Shown here: piece after piece, positions 29,330 through 43,025 of the stretch
Numbering within the stretch: position 1 is the stretch's first letter
Layout: each line of letters opens with the position of its first letter
From: Eledone cirrhosa
Taxonomy: Eukaryota
DNA: 64,000 nucleotides
Reading direction: 5' to 3'
Assembly (NCBI GenBank): GCA_964016885.1
Contig: OZ024756.1
Span: forward strand, 4,092,001-4,156,000
Notes under the pieces: generated by a model
What the model saw: the letters and a program-made list of their open reading frames with translations, nothing else
Told to the model about the DNA's origin: nothing
The model's database searches: none
Position numbers and translations under genes: made by a program

Positions 29330-29451
29330 ACATGGAACTCTTTTAACCATCTTTTGTTCTTATATATTATATATATATATAGAAAAAGAGATGAAATCGA
29401 AAATGCAACTGGAGTCTTATTTTTTTTTTAAATATATATATTTATTTGGTT

Positions 29452-29489
29452 CCTTTACCGGTTTCGCAGTTCTTCTGCTTTTCAAAAGG
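29452..29489 (-). ncRNA. Minimal hammerhead, U3-A8 core variant (identical to 46863-46900)
   Basis: CCTT-TTGAAAA-GCAG AAGAA CTGC-GAAA-CCGG-TA^AAGG. Confidence 0.75.
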
Positions 29490-29522
29490 TGAGTTCAGAT
29501 GGAGGGTCTGTGGTTTTTCTCA

Positions 29523-29634
<112 letters not shown>

Positions 29635-29817
29635 TTATTTGTTTGACCGAATTACTTGGTCGTTTTTATGGCTGTGCGGATGATTGTTTAACCATCGTCT
29701 CAGTGTGTTTGGCCTTTAACGTATGTTGTAGCTCTGGTTCATCTGAATCATTGAGCGCTTGCCACACATCTCGGAAGTTGTTTTTCGTTAATTCCTAAGC
29801 CGAAATACGATTCTCGC

Positions 29818-29905
<88 letters not shown>

Positions 29906-30161
29906 GGAATACTTTTAGCTTCTCGCTACAACAATTTCTATACTTTTCATTTATATATATATATCTATATATATAATATACATATATGGATTCTTCTATA
30001 GAATTAATGAGCGACCCCCTGAACTTAGCGAACACTAATATATAGCCTTGAATATATATATATAAATGAAGAAAAAGGACCTTACACATCAAAAGGACTT
30101 TAATTTAATCCTTTATTGATGATTTATCTCGTTTTGACTTTCCCCTTGGATTTTCCTGTAG

Positions 30162-30287
30162 ACGTGATGGTGCCTTTAATATAGATTTAGATCTCGTCTC
30201 TCTATTTTAACTACTGTAAAGCTGACAGTTTTAATCCAGGCTCATTTATACGGATAATTAACCATATTACATATATAATAGTGTCTG
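30162..30287 (+). pseudogene. Exon-like island 3: RDGAFN… / ISSLYFNYCKADSFNPGSFIRI (frameshifted)
   Basis: TTTTCCTGTAG acceptor, GTACGA donor; peptide resembles the A.FNG.SSL.IPYF segment of Pif-type LamG domains (recalled). Confidence 0.35.
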
Positions 30288-32199
30288 GTACGAACGTGCT
30301 ATGTTATATTCTCTTGTTCTATAACTGGTTCCAGAAGAGTTTTGAGGGGAGATGTGTGATATTTGTTCTGGCTCTCTTCATTCTGAGTTCAAATCCCACC
30401 GAGGTCAACTTTGCTTTTCATATTTATTTTTGAAGTCGATAGTAAAATAAAATACAACAAAAGACTACCGTTCCCGGATTAAGGTCAATTCTTCCTCTAT
30501 ATCTCTTTTACTCTTCCTCCCCCCTTTCTCTTCCTCTCCATTTCTCTTCCTCTCCATTTCTCTTCCTCCCTCTTTCTCTTCCTCCCCATTTCTCTCTGTC
30601 ACTCCATCTCCCCCTCTCACCATTCCCCCCCCGTGATCAACTTTCATTTTCGTGTTTTCGAAGATGACAAAAAGAGAAAGAGTATTGGTCCATCACGTGG
30701 GTTGATTATCCCTCTCTCTATATCTCTTTCTCACTTCCTCTACACCTCTCTCCCTCTCACTTCCTCTCCACCTCTCTCCATCTCACTTCCTCTCCACCTC
30801 TCTCCCACTCACCTCCTCTCCACCTCTCTCCATCTCACTTTTTCTCCATCTCTCTTTCTCTCTCTCCCTCTCACTTCCTCTCCACCTCTCACTATATCTC
30901 CTGCCTGTCTCTCTCTCCCTCTCCACCTCTATCTCCCGCCTCTCTCTCCATTTCCCTGGAAGGAATCAACTGTGTTTAGACCTGGAGAGGTATGGACACC
31001 GCTATGTTTAAAATACCTAAGCCATGCTGTATGTCACGAAGGCGCCCCTACGACTCTACCGGAAATGAGAGAAATACTTCCTTTATTGTGTTTCTCTTCG
31101 TATTTGAATGAATAGTCTCTGAATAGTCTTATATGGCAGTCCCTCTTCTAAAGTCTTAGTAATATCAGCTTGCTATGACTTCTTCACTGATTTATGTATA
31201 TACGAATAAAGACGTCAACATTTCGAGCTAAAACCTTAAACAGTGAAAAACTATGTGGGAAACTTCCAAGAAATTAAATGAAAATAACAATAAAACCCCT
31301 GAAAAAAACTAAACAACATAGACCTGACAATTGTTATGTTGTTCAGGATTACAATATGGCTGAATCTCAGAAGGGAATAGCTGTCACGTGACATAACGCC
31401 TGCCATTTCCAGTTTAGCCCTACACGATCAACTAGCTTTGTTTTCATAGGTTTTTATCTTTTTTATAAAATATATATATTTTATGTGTGTTTGTCTGTAT
31501 GTGTAATGTGTGTGTGTGTGTGTGTGTCTGTCTGCGTGCGTAATGTGTGCGTGTGTGCGTATCTCTGTATGTATAATGTGTTTGTCGGTGTGTGTGTGTT
31601 TCTCTGTCTAATGTGTGTGTGTTTGTGTGTCCATGTTCGTATGTTAGTGTCTCTCTATATGTATAATGTGTTTGTGTGTGTGTGTATGTGTGTGTGTGCC
31701 TATATGTATGTATAATGTGTGTCTGTGTGTGAGCCTATCTGTATGTATGTGTATGTGTGTGTGTGTCTATCTGTATGTATAATGTGTCTGTATGTATGTG
31801 TGTGTATGTGTGTGTGTGTTTCTGTGTGTGTCTATCTGTATGTATAATTGTGTGTGTGTCTATCTGTATGTGTGTGTGTGTGTCTGTCTATCTGTATGTG
31901 TATGTGTGTGTATGTGTGTGTGTGTGTATGTGTCTGTGTGTCTGTTTGTATGTGTGTGTGTGTGTGTGTGTGTGTCTGTCTATCTGTATGTGTGTGTTTG
32001 TGTCTATCTGTATGTGTATCTGTGTGTATGTGTGTATGTGTGTATGTGTGTGTGTGTGTGTCTGTCTGTATGTGTGTGTGTGTGTGTGTGTGTGTCTGCT
32101 GGCCCACCACAAAACTATCTTTGTAGAGATAAGATAAGAAATTCACTGTAGAGTAGAGATCAAGATAGAATAATGGTGGAATTGTCAGGAGTACGGCTG

Positions 32200-33040
32200 A
32201 GAGGTTGAATATACTGTAGATTGAATATACTGGGTGGGGGTATATACTGGGTGGGGGTAGAGAGAGAGAGAGATTGAATATACAGGGGCGTAGAGACAGA
32301 GAGAGTGATTGAATATACTGGGAGGGGGTAGAGAGAGAGAGAGAGGTTGAATATACAGGGGGGGGTAGAGAGGGAGAGAGAGATATTGAATATACTGGGG
32401 CGGGGGGTAGAGAGAGAGATTGAATATACTGGGAGGGGTAGAGAGAGAGAGAGATTGAATATACAGGGGGGGGGTAGAGAAAGATTGAATATACTGGGAG
32501 GGAGTAGAGAGAGAGAGATTGAATATACAGGGGGGGGGGGGTAGAGAGAGAGATTGAATATAGTGGGAGGGGGTAGAGAAAGAGAGAGAGAGAGATTGAA
32601 TATAGTGGGAGGGGGTAGAGAGGGAGAGAGAGATATTGAATATACTGGGGCGGGGGGTAGAGAGAGAGATTGAATATACTGGGAGGGGTAGAGAGAGAGA
32701 GAGATTGAATATACAGGGGGGGGGTAGAGAAAGATTGAATATACTGGGAGGGAGTAGAGAGAGAGAGATTGAATATACAGGGGGGGGGTAGAGAGAGAGA
32801 TTGAATATAGTGGGAGGGGGTAGAGAAAGAGAGAGAGAGAGATTGAATATAGTGGGAGGGGGTAGAGAGAGAGAGAGAGAGATTGAATATAGTGGGAGGG
32901 GGGTAATGAGAGGGAGATTGAATATACTGGGGGGGGGGGGTAGAGAGAGAGAATGAATATACTGGGAGGGGGGTAGAGAGAGAGAGAGAGATTGAATATA
33001 GTGGGAGGGGTAGAGAGGAAGAGAGAGAGAGATTGAATAT
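32200..33040. repeat. G-rich minisatellite (GATTGAATATACTGGGAGGGGGTAGAGAGAGA)
   Basis: Direct inspection. Confidence 0.95.
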
Positions 33041-33141
33041 ACGTGTGTGTGTGGTGGTGGGATGTAGAGGGAGAAAGAGAGAGAGAGATTGTGTGGGTTT
33101 GTCTGTGTAGGTGTGTGTGTGTGTGTGTGTTTGTAGATTTC

Positions 33142-33177
<36 letters not shown>

Positions 33178-33287
33178 AAGTGTCTATGAGTGAGAGGAAG
33201 GAGAAAGAGAGATAGAGAAAGAGATAGTGTGTGTATGTATTTAAAGATTACAAACATATGAGTGTGGGAGAGGTGAATGTGTACACA

Positions 33288-33814
33288 GTACGTCTGTATA
33301 CATATATGTATGTACGTGTACATACTTATATGTATACAGCCGTACTAAGAGTGGGAAATGAAATTTCGTTTCATTTTTTCCGTTTATCATTTTCGGTGCA
33401 CCCGGCCGATTAACCCACTCGATATGCAAATTGGGCTACTCAGCCGTTAATATGCATAAGGAAAGTATATACTTTCGGACGTTCAACCATCTGGCAGGAA
33501 GGTTTACGTTGCTGATGATAGCTAACAAGCTTGAAACTTGTACAGCGTTCCTTTGTCGGTGTTGAAGAAACGAGCAACGGTGGTTGCTAGACACTACGAC
33601 TTAATACGGGATGTTTGTTTACAAGCACACCGAGCATTATAATAAATGTTTGGTGAATCCATACGTACATATATATATGTGTGCATGTATGTATATATAT
33701 ATACATACTACTGTACGTCTGTATACATATATGTATGTACGTATACATTCTTATATTTAAGTAACAGCCGTACTAAGAGTGGGAAATGAAATTTAGTTTC
33801 ATTTTTTCCGTTTA
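33288..33814 (+). mobile_element. Family G element: 425-nt unit with ~100-nt terminal redundancy and one hammerhead (second, shorter copy ~10008-10405)
   Basis: GTACGTCTGTATACATATATG…GAAATTTCGTTTCATTTTTTCCGTTTA at 33288 and again at 33713, ending in (TA)n. Confidence 0.8.
33507..33547 (+). ncRNA. Minimal hammerhead, family G copy 2
   Basis: CGTTG-CTGATGA-TAGCTAACAAGCTT-GAAA-CTTG-TA^CAGCG; the third stem-I pair is U.G here versus G.U at 10061. Confidence 0.8.
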
Positions 33815-34297
33815 TATATATATATAGAAATAATAATAAATTTGAAGACTAAAATCCAAAGAGGGCTCGATAAGGATAAATATATATCAAATATATAAGA
33901 ACCGTAGAACAAATATTTATTAAAATAACACATTAAAGTTTAAGCAAAGAATCGCTGCTTTCACCCTTAACGGGATCTTTTGAGTCTCAGAAGATCCCGT
34001 TAAGGGTGAAAGCAGCGATTCTTTGCTTAAAATTTAATCTGTTATTTTAATAAATATATATATATATATATAAAGAAGGAATTGTGGATAGGAACCAGAT
34101 GGACCAGAGTAATAGGAAAAAGTATGACCATCGAACCGGTTTGAGCTCTGCCGTCGGGGTCATACTTTTTCCTATATATATATATATAAATATATATCTG
34201 TATAACCGTTTATCACTCTATATACAATTATCTCTATATATGTAGTCCCATCTCTCTCTCTCTCTCTCTCTTTATCAATAATATATATATGTGTGTC

Positions 34298-34354
<57 letters not shown>

Positions 34355-34415
34355 ATATATATATGTATATATATATGTATGTATATATATATATGTATAA
34401 ATATATGTATGTATG

Positions 34416-34456
<41 letters not shown>

Positions 34457-34514
34457 TATATATATATGTATATATATGTATGTATATATATATATATGTA
34501 TGTATATATATATG

Positions 34515-34584
<70 letters not shown>

Positions 34585-34666
34585 TATATATATGTATATA
34601 TATATATATTATATATATGTATATATATATATATGCATATATATATGTATATATATATATATTATA

Positions 34667-34781
<115 letters not shown>

Positions 34782-35194
34782 GTATGTATATATATATATA
34801 CATGGGTGTTGAATCTGATTGCGAACGTGAGAGTCTTTTAAATCTCTGCTTTATATAGTCGAGGTTAATCGTGTTTGAGTATGTTTGGAAGATAGGTCTT
34901 TCGTATGTAATATCAATCACTGCGTGTAGATGGGAATGAGTTTCTAGCTGTTTCTCTCTCTATATATATGTGTGTGTGTACGATTGTGTCATTGTACGCT
35001 TTGTACGAGAGAGTGTGTGTGTCTGTCTGTGTGAGAGAGAGAGATAGATAGAGTGATATAAAGAAAGAAAGCAAGAAAGAAGGAAAGAGAAAGTTTATGT
35101 TCCTGGTACTAGTTATAAATACGTATCTGGGTATACGGAGATCAAACCTTAAAGTTGTTGTTTCTTATTTCACCTAGTTGTAAGTTTAAAACTG

Positions 35195-35227
<33 letters not shown>

Positions 35228-35232
<5 letters not shown>

Positions 35233-35642
35233 ATTAAAAAAATAATGAATAAAACAATGAAACAGTTCCTTATATTAAACAAAAAAAGTTCATTATTTAA
35301 CGATCGTTTCTAGGACATATATGTGTTAGAATTGGCATGCATATTCAACAGATCTATGTACAAAATTATACAAAATTATACAAACTATCAAATTATAATA
35401 TACATACCAACACATACATATGCCGTCTTCAGAAATAAATCAATTTATTTCTGAAGACGGCATATGTATGTGTTGGTATGTATATTATAATTTGATAGTT
35501 TGTATAATTTTGTATAATTTTGTACATAGATCTGTTGAATATGCATGCCAATTCTAACACATATATGTCCTAGAAACGATCGTTAAATAATGAACTTTTT
35601 TTGTTTAATATAAGGAACTGTTTCATTTTTTTAATACTTTAT
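35228..35642. repeat. Near-perfect inverted duplication (~190-bp arms) centred at ~35441
   Basis: …CCGTCTTCAGAAATAAAT-CA-ATTTATTTCTGAAGACGG…. Confidence 0.95.
35445..35590 (+). ncRNA. Type-I hammerhead with ~115-nt stem-II domain (mirror copy 35293-35438 on -)
   Basis: TTATTT-CTGAAGA-C GGCATATGTATGTGTTGG…CTAACACATATATGTCC TA-GAAA-CGATCG-TT^AAATAA; palindromic CGATCG stem III. Confidence 0.75.
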
Positions 35643-35773
35643 CTTGACTCTGTATTCCGTTTATCTTTCACCGAAAGTGATTTTTGAATGCATCTCTTCT
35701 TTCCATGATATCCGGATTACGTTGAGTTCTTCATACGGATTGGACACTACCGTAAACTCTTGGTAGATTTATC

Positions 35774-35930
<157 letters not shown>

Positions 35931-36295
35931 ATATATCTGTGTGTGTGTGTGTGAGTGTTTGTTTGTATGTGTGTATAACGAAGGAAGTGTGGTAGAGAAC
36001 CAGGGGGACCATAACGCACCAGAGTACTCGATACTTAGGGTAGTAGAGTAGGTAATAGGAAAAGAGTCAGGACCCCGACGGCTGAGCTCCGGCCGTTTCG
36101 ATAGCTACATCCAAACTACCTACTGTCCTGACTCTTTTCCTATATATATATATATCAAAATGAAAATCCGAAGGCAAGGTAAAATTCAAATCATTTAATC
36201 ACGACACATGTTTCATACGAAGGAATGAATTCTGTGAGAGAACATCGTTATATTTGTTTTCTCCCTCATATCAAGAATTTGAAGACAATTCATTT

Positions 36296-36369
36296 TCACC
36301 TGATGAGATTGGTGATAATCGATCATGGCTTCACAATCGATCTATCTCTTATTGAAACATGTGTCGTGA
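36296..36369 (+). ncRNA. Hammerhead-like motif within an inverted duplication (~36155-36413)
   Basis: TCAC-CTGATGA-GATTGGTGA…TCACAATC…-GAAA-CATGTG-TC^GTGA; stem II has 15 extra nt before GAAA. Confidence 0.55.
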
Positions 36370-36538
36370 TTAAATGATTGGAATTTTACCTTGCCTTCGG
36401 ATTTTCATTTTGATACTTATACTCCGTTTTACATCATCTAGCTGTTCCAATGGAATTGGAGATATACAAAAGCGTGGAGAACTTAATATTGCTAACATAA
36501 AGTTATTGGACCATTTTACACAACCAATAATGCACCTT

Positions 36539-36587
<49 letters not shown>

Positions 36588-36814
36588 TTAGGTTTGTTGG
36601 TTCACCACTGGATAGAATTGGTCATTCCGTATGGTCAATCTTGGTGTAATATTGTGGAGAGTACTATATATATATATATATATACTAGAAAGGGGCCCGA
36701 CGGCTGCGTCATTGCCCTTTCGACAGCTAAATTCAGACTCTACTATCCAAGGTTCCGAGTAATCTACTTAATAATGGTCTTACTAGTTTAATCATGATAC
36801 ACACACACGCACAC

Positions 36815-36857
<43 letters not shown>

Positions 36858-37065
36858 TACATACATACATACATACATACATACATACATACATACATAC
36901 ATACATACATACATACATACATACATACATACATACATACATACATGTATATATATATATATAAATGCGATGAAATACCAATGACGGTTGGCAAATCACT
37001 GATGAGGGACTAATTTTATAATATGTAACCCATGTGCAACCACGCGGTATCCTTCTTACCATATT

Positions 37066-37134
<69 letters not shown>

Positions 37135-37810
37135 CAAATAAAGATTCAGCGAGAATCGCATTTTCGGCGGGCAGGAAAAGCGAAGCGAAACGCAAAAATC
37201 AGAAATGATAAAAATCATATATATATATATAAAAATCATATATATATATATAACATGAGGTTATAGTGTAGTCCAAATGGATGCGATGTTCTAACCGCTT
37301 TCAAACGTTCGTAGAGATGTATGAATAAATAATAATTTCATATCCCCAGCTTTCATAAAATTTTGAATATTTTGGTAGTATTTACGGCTCCTAAGTTGAT
37401 TAGTAGAGCTTTTTATGTTGAAAGGATTCGGCTGTTATTTCTAGCTGTCGATAACCCTATTCACGCCAATGTTTTGACGGCGGGGCGATATGTGTTTTTT
37501 TAAACCTCATGTGCTTTTTCACCGTTATCCCCTGATTTGCTTTGAGTGTTTAGATAGTTAAATCTTCTCCTTGATGATCGAAGATTTGACATCTTTGATT
37601 CACCGATTAATGGTGAAATATATTTATTTAATGGAATATATACAAAGGAGATTAATCATTATTGCAAGGTATCTATATTTGAGGTTCTTGTTTAATTTTT
37701 ATTGTTACCCCCGTAACTATGTGTGTTTACCCTCTTTACAAATCATCTCCTGTAATTGTTTGATGTGTTTGTTTTATATTATAGATTATGATATATATCT
37801 CATCCTACAT

Positions 37811-37866
<56 letters not shown>

Positions 37867-37916
37867 TATATAGTACCACTGATGATGTTACAGATGTGCA
37901 ACGAAAGAACTTTGAT

Positions 37917-37966
<50 letters not shown>

Positions 37967-38008
37967 ATGATATTAAATAAATGGAAACTATATTTATAAA
38001 ACCATAAT

Positions 38009-38073
38009 TATTTTATTATATATATTTCAAAGGCAACCAAGCCAACCTTGGTGCGCTTTCATCAGATAAAATA
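38009..38073 (-). ncRNA. Hammerhead, family A (partner on + at 39011-39067)
   Basis: TATTTTAT-CTGATGA-AAG…CTTT-GAAA-TATATA-TA^ATAAAATA. Confidence 0.75.
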
Positions 38074-39532
38074 CAAAGTTTGTTTTATAAATAAAGACGT
38101 ACCCGTGAAAATCATACCTTATAGGTCGGTAATTCACTGGATAGTGGAAACATATTAGGGATTATTCAAAGTTATGTGTGAATATGCAAATGAATGTGTA
38201 AATAATTGAAAAAACAACCGTTTATTTAAATGACGTTGGGGAAAGATAGGGAAGAAAAAGAGAGAAAAAAAAATTAATATTATGAGATAGATAGAGAGAA
38301 GAAATTTACAAGAGGATGAATAGAACTCATGTAACGTAAACAAGTTTTAAGTTTATATCTACTAATGGTACGTATATTTACTATTATTTTGTTGTTAGAA
38401 TTCTTTTCTAATATAATATAATATAATATTTACTATTATAAGTAGATAGAAAAAATAGATATATATAGAAAAATATATATATATAAAAAAATATATTGAA
38501 AAATAAATATATATAAAAAAATATATTGAAAAATAAATTGAAAAATAAATAGATAGAATAAAAGAATCAATAGATAGAAAAATAGATAGATAGAAAAATA
38601 GATATATGAATGGGTGGATGGGTATATCTTGTTATAGATAATTGTTTTAATGAGGTATGAGGGATATTGGTTTGTATTTAGTGTAATTAATTAAGTTAAC
38701 TGAGTTAATAAGAATATTTATATATATTAAATGTTTTAAATTGGGAAGATACGGAAAAAAAATCACCAGTTTTGTTTGTTTATTAGTTAATATGAGACCA
38801 TTTTTCAAAGATATAAATGTTGAAAGATATATTTAGCCTGGATTAGTTATTGGTTATAAATCTAATAAAAGATATTTAAAAATTTTATTAAAAAATATTT
38901 TAAAATATTAAAAATTCTGGAAAATTTAAAAAAAAATTATCGGAAAATTTTTTTAAATGTTTAAAAATTATTTTTTAAATATTCTAAAAATCTTTTTAAA
39001 AAATCTTTAACTGATGAAAGCGCACCATGGTTGGTTTGGTTGCCCTTGAAATATATATAATAAAATAGATATGGTTTTATAAATATAGTTTCCAATTATT
39101 TAATATTATGGAATATTTACTCCAGTAACTTGTTGAGTGCTCTAAATCAGTTATAAACATTTATGTTTGTCGGACTTCCAACAAATTAAATACAACTTCC
39201 ACACATATATATATATATGTGTATTTTTAACCGTTGGTCAATCAATGATAAACGTTGATTGCCGAATAAATTAACTATGGAGATATAAAAGATACAGAAG
39301 CGAAAAGCAACGAAACAGTGAGTGTGTTCTGTTATTATCTCGCAGCAAAGAGTTACGGCCCTTGCCATTCTGAGTTCAAATTCCGCCGAGGTTAACTTTG
39401 CCTTTCATCCTTACGGGGTCGATAAAATAAAGTACCAGTAATGCACTGGGTAATTGCTGGCCTTGTGCCAAAAGTAGAAACGATTATTACAACAATATGA
39501 CCCTCCCCAAGTATAACAATATATATATATAC

Positions 39533-39582
<50 letters not shown>

Positions 39583-39587
39583 AAATG

Positions 39588-39840
39588 TGTGTAATCCTTG
39601 GTACAGTTAGGTATATTAAGACAGGGGGGAAGAAAAAATGGCTTCACTTGTGCTTTCAACAAATTTATTTTCTTCACAAAATCCAAAAAGAATTTTTTTC
39701 CGGATTAGAAAATTATAAAATAATTTTTTTTAAGAAAAAAATTTGTTCTAATCCGGAAAAAAATTCTTTTTGGATTTTGTGAAGAAAATAAATTGTTGAA
39801 AGCACAAGTGAAACCATTTTTTCTTCACCCCCTGTCTTAT
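39588..39840. mobile_element. (TA)n-embedded element with ~95-bp-arm inverted duplication (related copy, also inverted, at 47520-47695)
   Basis: Shared start TTGGAAAATGTGTG…GTACAGTTAGGTATATT; arms TAAGACAGGGGG…CGGATTAGAA / TTCTAATCCG…CCCCCTGTCTTA. Confidence 0.75.
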
Positions 39841-40684
39841 ATATATATATATATACGATATTAAACAAATGGAAACTATATTTATAAAACCATATTTATT
39901 TCATTATACATATTTCAGGGATACCATATCAAAAATATGGCATGCCTTTGTCAGATAAAATACAATATATAACCAGTTTTCTAAATAATTTTGACGTACC
40001 ATAAATATAGCGACCATTAAGGTAGGAGGCTGGCTTGGTAGTTGTATAATGAAATAAATATGGTTTTATAAATATAGTTTCCATTTGTTTAATATCGTAT
40101 ATCTACTCCAAAAACTTGTCGAGTGCTTTATATCAGTTATAAAATATTTACTTGTTGTAACCCAACAATTTTAAATAAAACTTTTGCATATATATATATA
40201 TATATATATGCGTAGTGTATTGTGCTTGAAGCAATGTGGGATATTAATTAATTGTACACACACATAAACAGGCTAACAAAGTGTACCAATATCAGCACCC
40301 TCACCCATCCCACTGAATTTTCTATATATTTTAAGTTACATGAAATTTTCAAATTAGCTGCCATTTTCTTTTCAACAATTCCACGCGTCATTTAAACATG
40401 ACTGTTCAATATTCAAAATTATATTCGAACATTTAATGTAAATTAAAATAATTGTTTCTACTTTTTGGCACAAGGCCAGCAAATAACCAATATATTACTG
40501 GTACTTTATTTTATCGACCCCGTAAGGATGAAAGGTAATGGTAACCTCGACAATAATTGTTTCTAATTAGGCACAAAAAATAACATAAAATAACGATTAA
40601 ATCGACCCCAGTGTGTTACTGGTGCTTTATTTTATCGACACTGTAATGGAAATTAAAATATTTCATTCAAAATACAAAGGAGCG

Positions 40685-40723
<39 letters not shown>

Positions 40724-40758
40724 TGTGTGTGTGTGTATGTGTGTGTGTGTGTGTATGT

Positions 40759-40823
<65 letters not shown>

Positions 40824-41425
40824 TTTATGTGTCCGTTTGTGTGTCTGTTTGTATGTGAGTCTGTTTCTGTGCACCAGTGAGGGCGTTAGTGCATTTGTGT
40901 GCTTGTGTGTATGTGTGTCTGTGTTTGTATGTGAGTCTGTTTCTGTGCAGCTGTGTGTGAGTTCGTGTATTTGTGTGTGTATGTGAGTCATTTTGTGTGT
41001 GTGTGTGTGTGTGAGTCGGTTTGTGTGTGTTTATGTGTCTGTGTTTGTATGTGTGTCTGTTTGTCCAGGGAAAAGACAATGGCCAATATAACTTGACACC
41101 AGTGACGTCGCAACTCATTCCTACAGCATAGTAACCTGGAGCCACGTCAGATAAAGTCCCTTGCTGAAGGAGACAACTCACCGCCCGGTCAGGGAATCGA
41201 ACCCACAACCTGACGACTGTAAGCCCAAATCTGTAACCACCAAGACATGTGCCTTCGGTGGATTGGCAATATCGGTAGAGAGTCGGACACCATGCTTTTC
41301 AGCATAGAGTTACGGTCCTTTAAGCTCTGAGTTACGGTCCTTTAAGCTCTGTGTTACGGTCCTTTAAGGTCAGTTTTATCTTGTCTCCTTCCTGCTGACA
41401 ATCACGTTGCACTTTTCTCATTCAG

Positions 41426-41545
41426 TGATGAATTATATAGGGTTCAGTTATGACGATCTAGACCCATCCAGGCCCTTTAACATGATTTGATGATCAGGGG
41501 TGTGGGAAGCTCAGAGCACTCTGGTTGGGCAATACAATTCCATAA
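41426..41545 (+). pseudogene. Exon-like island 4: …RSRPIQAL*HD / DQGCG / GSSEHSGWAIQFH(K)
   Basis: CTTTTCTCATTCAG acceptor, GTAAAT donor; stops and frameshift. Confidence 0.4.
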
Positions 41546-41599
41546 GTAAATTTTTGACAAACTTCTTAGGGTAACTGTTTTGTTGGTTTGTTTGTCAGC

Positions 41600-41812
41600 C
41601 ATTAAGACATTAAAGCAGAGGAGAGAGGAACAGTGAGAAGAAAGAAGAGCACGCAGACGTCAGAGAGCTGAGTTAGTTCCCTTGGATGACATCGTCTTCA
41701 CATGCAGCAGCTGCAACAGGACCTGCCGTTCGAGGATCGGGCTCTACAGTCACAGCCGGCATCCATGGCGTAATCTCCATTGTCACCCGAAACAGACGGA
41801 TGCCAGAATGAG
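41600..41812 (+). mobile_element. RTE/BovB-like LINE 3' end
   Basis: SSFTCSSCNRTCRSRIGLYSHSRH zinc-knuckle-like terminus followed by CCATTGTC…GACGGATGCC 3' motif. Confidence 0.75.
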
Positions 41813-42833
41813 AGTGCATGATTGAGAAGTAGGGGCTGACATTTCCATCCGGGGCACCCCCTTGGTGAATGGGCGAGATACACACCCCACACTCCCACCC
41901 GCCCTGTATATTCCTGTCGGTACGTAGGTTCGGCTTGTGGTCAAAGAAGAGACGAACAAGGCTAACTTGGTCAGAGAATAACAATGTTGGAGCATTATTA
42001 GTAGTATCGGTAGAGGGTCGGACTTTGCAGCATATAGTTACGCCCCTTTACGGTCTGAGTTCAAATTCCGCCGAGGTTAACTTTGCCTTTCATCCTTACG
42101 GGGTCGATAAAATAAAGTACCAGTAATACACTGGGATAATTGCTTGCCTTGTGCCTAAAGTAGAAACAATTATTAGTAGTATCGGTAGAGGGTCGGACGC
42201 TATGCTTTGCAGCATAGAGTTACGCCCCCTTACGGTCTGAGTTCAAATTCCGCCGAGTTTAACTTTGCCTTTCATCGTGACAGGGTGGATAAAATAAAGT
42301 ACCAGTAATACACTGGGGTAATTGCTGGCCTTGTGCCTAAAGTAGGAATAATTATTTAAGGAGTACTGATAGTGAAGTTGACATGAGCTTATATAAACGG
42401 AAGAGGATATATTACCATGTACCGGGCGATGTTTGTGACTTAGAAGCGTAATGGAATGTCGACACCACCCTGTAGATGATTGGGTAATGAAAGCATATTT
42501 GTCATAGACTGGTTAAGTGAGGGGGAAAAAGAAAGTGAGTGATGAAGTCATACGCGCCGCGCGCGCGCGTGTGTGTGTATGTGTTGGTGTGTGTGTGTGT
42601 TGGTGTGTGTATGTATGTGTGTGTATGTGTGTACATATATACACAGACACACACACATATATATACATATATGCATCTATATGTGTATATATATATGTTT
42701 ATATATATATATATATATATATAGATATGTGTGTGTGTGTGTGTGTTGATGTATGTGTATGTATATACACAGACACACACACATATATATATACATATAT
42801 ATGTATATATATATGTACATATATATGTACATG

Positions 42834-42891
<58 letters not shown>

Positions 42892-42905
42892 CCATTTGAT
42901 GTATG

Positions 42906-42937
<32 letters not shown>

Positions 42938-42993
42938 CAGAAACACACATATATATACATATATGCATCTATGTGTATATATGTATATATATG

Positions 42994-43025
<32 letters not shown>

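Noticed and set aside
36965-37030. GAAA…CTGATGA arrangement as a permuted hammerhead
   Set aside because: Lacks the UH cleavage site and a stem II partner.
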